Below, one piece after another: positions 13,263 to 24,185 of a DNA stretch of 64,000 nucleotides. The notes beneath the pieces are model-generated. The model ran no database searches. It had not been told where the DNA came from and worked only from the letters and a program-made list of their open reading frames with translations. Both the position numbers and the translations under genes were made by a program. Source of the DNA: Eremomyces bilateralis CBS 781.70. Taxonomy: Eukaryota. Within the stretch, counting starts at the first letter, position 1; the number at the start of each line of letters is the position of its first letter. The stretch lies in NCBI GenBank assembly GCA_010015585.1, contig ML975164.1; one strand, given 5' to 3'.

Positions 13263-14192
13263 TAGATATTTGAAAAGTCACCTGTTCTAATATTCGAAGG
13301 TGGCGATGGAATGCACCATGCTCCACAGGCTCAGGGATATTAAGCATTGTGGAGACTCGAAGTGGTGGGACTTGTCACTGGGCCCTTGGGAGAAATAATT
13401 AACCCTCGATGTCCGATAAGTGGTGATAACTGATCCGAAAATCTTGCGGTCGGACTAGCCATAAAGGGTAAGGAGACTCATCTATTCACTATTGTCCCTC
13501 AAGGCCTCAGCCCTCAACTTACTTCTCAGCAAATACAATACTTCTTGGGGTGAGGGGAGACGCACGCCCAAGGGATCGACACTGATTTTCACCACCAACC
13601 AGCGGACACCAGTACATATACTTAGCCTAGATGCATCATGGTTTGCAAATATGAGCTAACCAAAGGTTCTCAAGCCCATTCTCCTCGTGTCTTGCCTAGG
13701 GAGAGGTTCGGGAATCCATCGCCCCCTTCACTCTATCTCCGTCCGCTTTTGGGTGAACCTCCCCTTCTCTTGTTTTCACCTCAATAACCCCACTTGACGA
13801 TAAATATTGGGAGTCTGGACATTCTTCGACTCCTATCACGTATGGGAGTCTCTGTAGCATTTACTCGTGTAGATGTGTCATATATCGTCGCACATGCACT
13901 GAACTGACTGGGAACTGGATAGTTTGTCCTCAACCATGTGCTAAGCCTCCATTAATAGTCATGACTGGGGATCCATTATATAGCGTAAGAGTGTTCCAAA
14001 TCTTCCTTATTTTCGTTGTGAAAGTACTAGAACACTCTGCCAAATCATCACCATCATATTCCCATTACCCCCTGAGTCTCGGGTTTCTTTTTGCGCGCCA
14101 CCTACCAACTCAGCGGCCAACAAGAACTTCATTTGGCCTAGGATCCAAAGCAAAATGTGCGAATATAGAGGAGGTCAACGGATCTTGGACTG

Positions 14193-14294
14193 CAGCAGCC
14201 CTTTTTGCCCCGATTCTGTCTATTACCGGCCACAGCCCGAATATCGTGGGCCACAGCAGTCCTTTTTGCCCGGATTCCATATATTACCGGCCAC
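14193..14294. repeat. Diverged direct repeat, about 41-bp unit, period 61
   Basis: cagcagccctttttgccccgattctgtctattaccggccac (14193) vs cagcagtcctttttgcccggattccatatattaccggccac (14254). Confidence 0.8.
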
Positions 14295-15165
14295 GGGTGG
14301 ATAACGACGTGTTTCGGGTTTCCATGCTCAGACCAAAGGCGCGTTCTAGGAGCTATTGGTTAGGATATATTTTGAGCTGCGGGCGCCCTACATAGTCATG
14401 TAATAATTCATTCTAATAAGACATGAGATAAGACCTGGCATCTTCTACCCTACTTGTATATAACTTGTGCTAGAAGACATGTGAAATGGGACCCAGTCAT
14501 CACCGTTACTTATTCATAGTCAGCGTTCTTCCCATTCAACCAACTTTATTCCTGTTATAGGTTGCTTGAACATACTACTACTGTCGATTTTTCTATCAGT
14601 ATTAAGAGGATTCATTCAACGTCTACGGCAAATCCCAACATTGATAATAGATTTATCTCTTCATAGGTCTCCATTCTTCAGGACGCCCTCTAACCATATC
14701 ATCGATCCTCTTTGCATGCGGCAATATGGCTGTAATACTTGAATCCTCTGATTCAACGATCAATTCGTGTACGTTCGACGAGAGCAGCACGAAGACCCAA
14801 GACTGCTTTTGTTCCGTTTGCCCCTACTCAATCATGAGGGGCCCAGATTAACATGGAAAATCCGACTGTGATCAATCTCCTCCGCATAGGCTCTGAGGCG
14901 GACTTTATTGTGAGTAACAAAATCCGGGCCGAATAGTCATAGCTAATATTGCATGGCAATGCAGGGACACGGAGCGGATTCGTGACCCCAAGATGATACA
15001 AAAGACCCTGACTGGAATATTATCCAATGAGTCAGGTATAAAAACCCCCCATCGCCCAAACGAAGCCACCGAAAACCGGGTTCTTCTTCAAGAACCTCTC
15101 TGTTCTACCTATCTTGCTTTACAAGCATCATCCCCATCAGCTAAGATACCGACCGACAACCCCAA

Positions 15166-15330
15166 ATGGCTTATTTTTTCGAATCAGGCGCATACCTGGT
15201 CGACCCCTACTTTCAGGGTGCCAAAGAGGACTGCGATAATGGCAACTGCAAGCACTCGGATCACCAGAAGCCTGCTCAAAACGTGTCTTCAGAGAATACA
15301 ACGCGAGACAACGCTACAAAGGGTCCCTGA
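15166..15330 (+). CDS. Possible 54-aa small protein MAYFFESGAYLVDPYFQGAKEDCDNGNCKHSDHQKPAQ...
   Basis: CAAATGG start context; CCAAT at 15024 and TATAAAA at 15037 upstream; no recognisable homology. Confidence 0.3.
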   Translation: MAYFFESGAYLVDPYFQGAKEDCDNGNCKHSDHQKPAQNVSSENTTRDNATKGP

Positions 15331-18300
15331 GCCAACAAGGGGTACGGATTAGAATATGTAGCCGTAGTCTCATCAATGCAAAAACACTCCACTTGAAGAT
15401 TAAATTTGCAAGATAGTCGCGGATGGTTGTTCTAAACCAAGACATACATATGTCCTGAAGTGTCTCTTTCCTCTGTTCAGCCGCCATGATCCTACCTTGG
15501 GGTACTCCATGGTCCACTGTTTTGCACTGAAACATGTAGACGACCACCCTTTCCCATCCGCCAATGGTTGGCATGAAACGAGGTCTGGCTTATGCCTTCG
15601 TGTCGATTATTAAAGTCCTTTACTCCCACGGTATAATAATTAAACCTTCCGATAACGAATACAACTCGGCTACCATGAGCAAGGCCATATATAATATTAT
15701 AGGGCTCTGGGGACAACTTACCATACTGAAGAGTAGGAGCAAGGAGACATTGATCGAGTGATGGGGGGCTACCAGGGCCTCCACAGTGAAGATATTGTTA
15801 ACCCTCTTGGTGATAGTACAATTTCACGAAAGGATCGACTCGAGTCGGTGTCGGGGAAAATATCCATACTTTCGACTGTCTTTGATTGGGTTCCGTTGAA
15901 TAAAGCAGGGCGCGTCGTATCTACACTCTTATTAAACTTTAACCAAATTGGTCGACTGACCACTAAATTAATGAATATTACTCATTTCTTGAGGATATAA
16001 ATACGCGCTGACCACCACTGACTGCATCTAAAAAAAGTCATCCAACACACTAAGCTTTCGTCATACGCATACCTACAATAATTACTTAGGTATCTTCATC
16101 CAACATCTGAAATGCCCCCTTCAGACAATACGCGATGCACCTGTGGTGTGAGACTCCCAACCGTCCCATGCCATGTTGTGTTCATCGAAGGCTTTAGACC
16201 TGAAGAAGAGCAATTCCAGTTCAGTTTGCTGACTAGAATCCGATGTGCGTACAACTTTATCGTTGTGAATCGCTAGGAACCTGTTGGTAGTTAAGGAAGA
16301 GTGGTGAGGATTCATACTGAGTCTTTAGTAGTCATGCCCCTGTCCTTCAGACTTCTGGCCATGGGACATGGTGATGCATTAATGAGGCATTATATCGATG
16401 TCTCTTTCTAGTAATATCGAACGCTCGTTGAGATTGAGCATTGAATCAGAATAATATAGCTTGTTCCCGGCAGGTATTTAAAGAAAGGGAAGGCCCCTTG
16501 CGGTAGCTAGTACTACAAACCAAAAGCTTTTTAAAGGAGTGTACACTGCATTCCAAATATCAGTTCACCGCCAGACGGAAGAAGCCACAGCAGGCCAACG
16601 ACGTTTTCTTACTCCCTGAACAACGTCATGTGCACCTTGGACCAAGCAGGGCAGAAGATCGCCGATTGTGGGCAGTCCTGGTGCCCATATTCCGTGTGGT
16701 ACTCTCCTTTCGGCTGGGTATATAAACTTCAAAACCAGGATATTCCTCGCAAAAAGTGACATGACCGCTCTTACGCTGGCTTCAGTTGCAGGCGGTATTG
16801 GCAATAGATATCGGTAACGTGCGGCAAATCATGCAGGAACTGAACCGGAGAACGGGAGGATGCATTGTGTGTGACGGAGACGTACGATAGAGCAGCAGCT
16901 GACCTCGTTGGTCATACTAATATTTGCCAGAGTCAAAGAAATGCTCACCGGTTCAAGAAATGACTCTGGAGGAGTGGTTTGGATATAAAAAGAAAGCGAT
17001 TATGCTCATGTTGTTCGAAGCATTTCAGTAACCAAACGCAGATCGACCATTCATTATCAGCGACCAACAACCAGACTCGCACTTGGTCACACGACCAAGA
17101 TCATTATCCTTCCTCCGCTCACGAGCCTCCCCCCTGACGCATCAACGACCGATACATTTTATCCACAAGACGACTTCCTCCGCTCTCCTTCTCTCGCCAT
17201 GTGCAAGCCACAGGCTACTGGCACACCGAAGCAGGACTGTTTCCAGCACACCTGCCCACATTCAATCCTCTTCATCGAATTTGTGGAATATGGTGTGTAA
17301 GTGACCATTTCAACCGACACTCCTTGCTTGTAGGAATATGAAGCTAAGATTGGTTGTAGTGACAAAGTTAGCAAGTCATCAACGAAGATAGCTCAAGTGC
17401 TCAATGATATGATGAGTCAACTACAGCATATTAACTAGCTTAATATGATGAATGAATTGTATGCGGAGTGGACGGTAATGATGATGTACGTTCGACTGTT
17501 CTATGAACTACGAATTATGAACCACTGGAAAGTACTTGGACAACCTGAGAAAGGAAATCAAGTGCGGGACGGCCCGCCATTAGGGGCTTGGAGCCAAATT
17601 GCTGGGCGCTGGCGAGTGGCCAAGCGCAAAGCGGTTCATCATACAATTAGAATTTTCCCAATTTTCCACCGTCCATTGCAAGATTATGGTTTTTTACTTA
17701 AAATATTGTTCTTTTTATTGGGGATTGAATACTGGTCGTACGTTCAACTTCATTTGTTTGTACAAATACACGTAATGTAATATATATACAAGGCCGCCGC
17801 AATTACATGCTAGATTAAATATATTGGTCCCAGCCCTGTACGTATCGCACCAGCCGCCAGGTACTCTGAAGAGTATAAGGGTTATCAAAACCGGTTGCCA
17901 CTTAATTGCATTTGAAATACCTAAATGGAGAACCGATGAACAACAACGGTACTCGATGGCGGGATTCTCCTAGAAAGAGAAGGAGAGTCCTATTAACACC
18001 TGGGGAAGTCAAGATCCTTATCAGCTGTTCTTCTGCCTGGATACTAGAACATTTCGCTGAACGAACTTCTTGCCAACATGATGTAGTAATAAATATTATC
18101 CATAGAAACCCCATTATGAAAGTTCGATTCTGGAGTTCTACATCTGCTCACTACTGATGCGCCTGGTGCTATTAATTAAGCTCGTCGTCACCTCGCAAGT
18201 CCCACCAGCGGGCAGCCAGGAGAATCGTAACGGTGAGTAAAGCCAAGGCAACGAAAATGATAAATACTAGCTGCTTTATTAAATATAAGGTATCTTATGT

Positions 18301-18355
18301 ATCACATTCAAACTACGTCAGCTCAAATAAAATCGAAATGTCTAAAATCACAATT

Positions 18356-19914
18356 TCATTTCCTCCCAAATCCCTTCCCGATCACCACCGTCTCTCCATC
18401 CCCATACCAAAGCCTCCCCTTCCTACAATCCAACCCCCGCTCCTCCCCTACCACCCATTCCCCTCCCTCCTTAATCTCCCTACCGGCCTCCTTTGGCCAA
18501 TACTCCTCCCTCAACCACGAATTAATCTCCTCAATCCTTCCCACCACCTGCCGCATTTTCTCTCGATCAACGCCGTTCAGTATATCCCCATCGACGCTTA
18601 ACTCTTCCGCATGCACGAATCGCCCGACCGTTAGATGTGCGGACGGGACTACATATCGCGATGCAACCGCCACGCCTGCCGCCTCAGCCAGCGCATACAG
18701 GTCGCGTCGGAGGTGGTGGTAAGTAAAGGTATCCTCATCCACAGCGTCGCCGACTGGAGTTGCTTCTCGAGCAGCTGGAACGAAGCTGAGGGCGATGGCA
18801 GAGGTGTCGTAGCCGATTTGAGGTTTGATGAGATGCGTGCGGTGGGTGGAGGTGTAATTGACGATGTCGCCGGCGGATGGAGCGAGAAGATCGACGAGGG
18901 AGGCGATCTCGGGGGCGGTCTTGGAGTGGGTAATTTCAAGGGCAGTCATGTGGAGGTTGGGGAGGGGCATGAGCCAGAGTTCTGGAGGCAGGAATTAATA
19001 AAAATGGTTAGCAGTATGGAGGGGAGGAGTAATCCGGATGATGAGGATGAATAAAGAACGCGAGCCCAGGCGTGTTGGGAGCATCACGGCGTATCTCCTC
19101 GCGTGCCATTTCGAAGAATTACTCTCGAACCGCACCAACAGCACTAGCTGGCAGTCTACACAATCCCATGGACGGCGCAGAACACACCAATGCGAGTGAA
19201 TTTACCTCGTTGCGACCGGCAACCAACCACACGCGCACATGACTCGTTCCCGTGCTCACGTGTAAAACCGCAATATCAACTTACTCGGCATCACTTCCCT
19301 CAACCTCCGCTGCACTTTCGCGACCAACTCCCGTACATTCACTGGTGGACGCGCCCAGAACACTGTAACAATCGGTTCCTCGTCAGTAGACGTTCCGGCG
19401 AAAAAATTATCGTGTGTGAGTTCATTGCTAGTCAATTGGAGTGTTGGCGTACCCAAACAATTCCTCGGATCCTCAAACCTGGGTTGCGTCTCCAGCGCGT
19501 GCAAGATCGGATCGATCACCACGCCAGAAAAGTCGTCTGCGAGTAACTTCGCTTTCTGCTGCGCGTTGCGGACCGTGCGGTGCGTTTCGTAGCGGGTTTG
19601 GATTGATTTCTGGATGTGGAGTGAGTTGGGGAGGGGTTGGTGCGGTGAGGGGAAGATGCACTTCAATTTGGACATTTGGTGCGTTTGGGGAAGATGTGCG
19701 GCATTTGGGGGCATATCGGAAGAATGGGAGGCCAAATTAGATGCTGGGGTTTGTTTGGCGGTGTTTGGGAGGTGAAAGCGGGGTTGGTGAGGACTTAGGA
19801 GCACGAAGGACATACGGGATTGTCGTTGCATGCGGCGATGAGAGCGTCGTATGGGTTGGACGAGACCCCATTGGAGTCGCCCCTAACGCCACTTAAGTCT
19901 TCAAAGGTCGCCAT
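18356..19914 (-). CDS. 2H-phosphoesterase superfamily protein (RNA ligase/cyclic nucleotide phosphodiesterase-like); exons 19914-19816, 19609-19453, 19362-19285, 18981-18356
   Basis: Two HxT motifs (NLHMTAL, SAHLTVGRF). Three GT-AG introns (206, 90, 303 nt) join MATFEDL...NPYDALIAACNDNP/KSIQTRYETHR...DPRNCL/VFWARPP...MP/KLWLMP in frame. Confidence 0.8.
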
Positions 19915-20310
19915 AGGGTGATCCGTGATCTCAAGATGATATGAGGAATTCAAGACAAATTTGGGCTTCACGACATGTATCTTTATGGTTTCCTGAGTCA
20001 GGAGGTATTTTCGCTCAGCTGGGGAATATGCGGTGACATTTGTGGCGGATTGACTCTAGGCTGGTTTGAAGCAGGTACGCGGGCTTGGCGATATCTTGGT
20101 GGCCGACAAAGGTGGTATCTTCAGGTTACTATCATGTAGCTTTGTCAGCGCGGGATGGGAACATCATGTTAATTCATGGCTAATTTTGACCAAGTTTGGC
20201 TAATTTTTGATTATAAATCGATGTGGAGGGCAGAAATGAAAGATTCAGCTGATGGCGGAAAGGGGAGACCGTGGTGGACATGGTGGTGGTGATGGACTGT
20301 GGTGGAAGAG

Positions 20311-20640
20311 CGCCCCCTGGATTTCTCACTCTGACTTCCGTTGGTCATTTCTACGACATTTTGACACAATTCACAAACGACCACACCAGGGAAGCGAGCG
20401 AGTAAACAGGGCGTCGAAAGAACCGGTTGGTACTTTTTGCATTCAAGTAATCCCAGGTAAAAAGGGTGAGCAGTAGATCGCCCCCTGAATCCCTATCCCG
20501 ACTTTCGTTGACCATTTCTACGTTTTGACACGAACTAGCACATCGGGGAAGCAAGCGAGGGAGGGAACAGGGCATCAAAAGGACCAGTTGGAACTTTTCC
20601 ATTGTAGTAGTAAACTAAGGTAAAAGGGGGCGAGTAGTAG
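20311..20640. repeat. Diverged tandem duplication, period about 168 bp, two copies
   Basis: Copies start at 20311 and 20479 with collinear blocks cgccccctg...gacttYcgttg..catttctacg..ttttgacac..gggaagcRagcgag..aacagggc..gttgg.actttt..aggtaaaa.ggg.gag.agtag. Confidence 0.8.
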
Positions 20641-22010
20641 CGTAGCAGTCAAGGGCTGAATAATCCATCCCCTCCCATTCCATTTCCATTCCGTTCCATC
20701 ATCATTAACATCGTCATCCATGTAATCGGGTGGCTGTGCGGTGTTTGTAAGGTAGGTTAGGTAAGGCAAGGTGAGAGTTTTCCGATATGTGATATGCGGG
20801 TAATAGGAGTTCCCGGTGTCACTGGGAGAGAAGAGAAATTTCAAATGTGCGAGAATAGCTTCGTGAAGCCACCACCCAGCCACTCCATCTCCACCATCGC
20901 TCATCATCAAAGACAGCGCGAATCCCCCGTCATTTCAACCCATCGACCGCCCGCTCCGTCACCCTTCCCTCTCTTTCACTCTCGCCTCCTCCGCCGAAAA
21001 GTTAGAAACGAAAAGCGCAGTAATGGAGAGAGAAAAATGGCATGGTCATAACGGTCATTTCGTTGAAGTAGCAAGAAGATTTGTCACTGTAAGGTGGGGT
21101 AGATTGATAGATCCCATTGCCGCAAGGCAGGTAGGAACATCGGATGGTTGGAGGTTGTCGTTTCGTGAAGAATACATAAGAGATAGCAGAAACAACGGGA
21201 GATGTTGGGTTTTGATGAGTGAGATTCGATGATGCGCGTGTATATGTGAAGGTATATGTCGTCGAGACTGAATCGCCAGTTGGTAATGTTCGGTACATAT
21301 TTGTTGCGCGTTATTCGCATCGCACATTTGCATGCATCGAGAAAATTCGTGTATACGTCGTTTTTTTGGTCATCCATGAAATTCCGAATCAACGTGAAGG
21401 AAAGGAGGGTGGAAAGCTTTTCGCGTTTTCCCGGCGTTAGACCTTCCCGCGTTTGTGGCTGGCGTGAAAGGCTATTTTCGTGAGGCCGGTTCGGATTTTG
21501 AGGTTTGCGGATCTTCAGTTCGGCCATGCGTGAATGTGAGAAGGAGAAGAAGGCGAATCGAGAGTAGGTGAGAAGATATCAGAAGCAGGGTTGAAGCGTT
21601 TTTCGCATGCGATCATGACGATGCCGATGATTGAATGCCCACCGAAAGCCCGCCCAAAACAAGTCGTCGCGGTGTCGTGTTGTGTTCCATGCCCAGTCTA
21701 TCGCAAGTCCTGGCCAAGAAAGCAAGAAGAAGCAGAAGGAAAAAAACGCTCAGTGAGCAAATGTCGAAGGAAATGAAACCAAAAAAAAATCCAGAGGCGC
21801 GCTTCGTTCGTTGCGTCAGATAAAAAGCCCAGGTGATGGTTCCCGCAGGTCTGCCAAGCCAAGTTGCTCGCGTTTGCTCATCGCTCGTCGTTTCGTCCCG
21901 TTCCGTTTCGTCAGACATGAAAATCCGCACGCAAATCGCAAAGGCCACCAATGCACCATTCGTTGAGCCGTCGCTCGTTCAGGCACAACTCCGCCTCTCT
22001 CACACTGCCA

Positions 22011-24185
22011 TTATCGCCTCGGCTGCGCGATCGGCCGCGACCGTTGCGCGCTCTTATACGGACTCGCGCCACCGACCGCACCGCCAACGCTGTCCTCCCG
22101 GATTGTGCGCTGCCGCTTCAAATCACTGCCGGGGGCGTCCACATCCTCGTGCTTATACTCGTCGTCGTCGTCGCGCATGCGCTTCATCCCCGTGGAGACC
22201 ACGCCGTTCGAAGCGCCGTACGCGCCGGGGACGGCCTGTGGATGTGGCGCGTAACCAGTGGCAGGATATGAGTCCGGGCCACCGGCGCCGTTGGAGCGCG
22301 GGTCGGAGACGACGTTGTAGAGCGTGGAGGTGGATTGCTGGGCTGGGCGGTGGGAGGGGGCGGTGGGGCCGCCGTAGTTGGGGGTGGCCCATTGGGGTTG
22401 CACGGGGACGGTGGAGCGCGGGGTGGCGCGGCTAGAACCGTTGACATGGGCGGGGGAGTGGGTGTGGTGGGTGAGTTCGGGGGAGAGGTGGGGGTGGTCG
22501 GTAGGATGCAGGGGCGCGGGCTGGACGGGGGCGGTGGCGGAGGGGTAGGTGTAGGTGCCGCGGGTGGCGTCGTATTGGGCGTGGGCGCTGTAGGCATGGG
22601 GATCGTGCTCGGAGGCGGCATGGTCGTCGTGGGGAGCGCCGCCGTGGTGAACAGGATCACTGTGAGCGTAGCCGGAGTCGTGTTTCATTTCTGTGGAGGG
22701 GTTAGATGAGTTGGTGGGAACATTTGAGGTGTGAAGGACAGTGGATGGGGGAGGCATGTCGCTGATGGTGTTGGGATAAGATGATGATTGAGGGAAGGGT
22801 TGGCCGAAGCGAGATCCGCTGGGGGGATTCGAGGTGGTTATACTGACCTGGTTGGCTGGGCGCCGCTGTGTAAGACTGACGGGGCGTCTCATACGTCTGC
22901 GACGTCTGGTATTGCTGCATCGAGTTGATGGCGTTCGCGGGTGGAGTAGTGGCCGGCGTGGTTGGAACGGATCGTGCATTGCTCAATCCCGTATCGATCG
23001 AAAGAGGCTGGCCACTGGCTTGCATGCCAGGAACATTGGACCATTGGCCTTCGTATGCGCTGCCTTGCGTACTCATGCCCATAACGCTGGACGCGCTCGT
23101 GGGTGGCGTGGGGAAGGTATGGGCGCGACCAAGCTCAGGTCGGCCACTATGAGAAATACCCCCTGAAGGCTGAGGAGCCGCTGCAACGCTCATGGAGTGG
23201 TGGTGATGAAGACCGGGCGTTCCCGGAGCTTGGGTACTTTGTGGGAGATATCTAGCATCCCTTCGCGTAGCCGCGAACGCTCCGGCATTCAACGCCGTTC
23301 GCGGTTGGTTCGGGGGATAGAGCAAGGCACCGATATCATGGACAAAAAGGGGATAAAGCAGCTCGGTGATTTTCTCCTTGTTCGCAAATTGTAAGGCACG
23401 ATCAAAGGGTATCCTGCAACTGGTTAGCTCATGACTGGTAAAAAAAAGCTGTGGAACCCATACCAGACGCCCTTAAGGTGCATAGGGCCGATCTTCACCA
23501 CATGTCTGGTCTTCTCGCTCTTCAAGATGCCATCTCGTCGTCCACGCGTCATTCCAGCCACATTCAACAATTTGGTACCGTTGATCATGTGATTGTCTAA
23601 TTCCAGATTAGCCCTAGTGCATCAAGGGTACACGAAAATCAATTGCGCGTTTTGGGAGCTGGCTCTTACCTTCTCGCCTTGCAACACAGATGCCCTTCGC
23701 CTCGACCTGGAAGCAAAGACTCCCCTCATCCTCCCACAACGTCGCCGTCACACGCGGCTTCATTCCTGGAGGGGCAACTTGTCCCGTAGCGTCGTACGGG
23801 CGCTCGGCGCGGTTGTACGGGGCGCCACCTATCGAAGTCACACCGGTGGCATTTGAAGCCATGGCTGGAGGTAGAGTTAGCGGATGTGCAGGAGAGCAGG
23901 ATATTCAGCACACCGCCGAAGGAAATGCGATGTAGACATACCTGGTAGCGTCATCGGCATCAAGCTACTGCTCATTGACGATGACGGTGGATAGGCTTGT
24001 GGTTGCTGATGTTGAGGAGCACTGGGATATGCATATGGCGCTGTATAGGATGTTGGCGTGGACGAGTACGTCTGCGGCAACGGCTGCGACTGATATGGCT
24101 GATAGTGCCCCATGGCCGGCGGTGGTCCCGTTGACGGCACATGTGGCTGCGCATGCACATCGCCGTACGGCTGGATTTGATTCAT
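22011..24185 (-). CDS. stuA: APSES developmental transcription factor StuA/Asm-1; AUG-started model with introns 23941-23865, 23669-23597, 23463-23414 and an uncertain one at 22847-22691
   Basis: APSES/KilA-N domain [59 protein letters not shown]...[30 protein letters not shown] and [12 protein letters not shown] motifs; C-terminal KRMRDDDD...LKRQRT. Confidence 0.95.

Noticed and set aside
18982..19284. TPP riboswitch, group I intron, SRP or RNase P/MRP identity for the structured intron
   Set aside because: It lacks the UGAGA and CUUGAU...GGAUAAU TPP core, the group I P7 S-strand, the SRP helix-8 motif and the P4 consensus.
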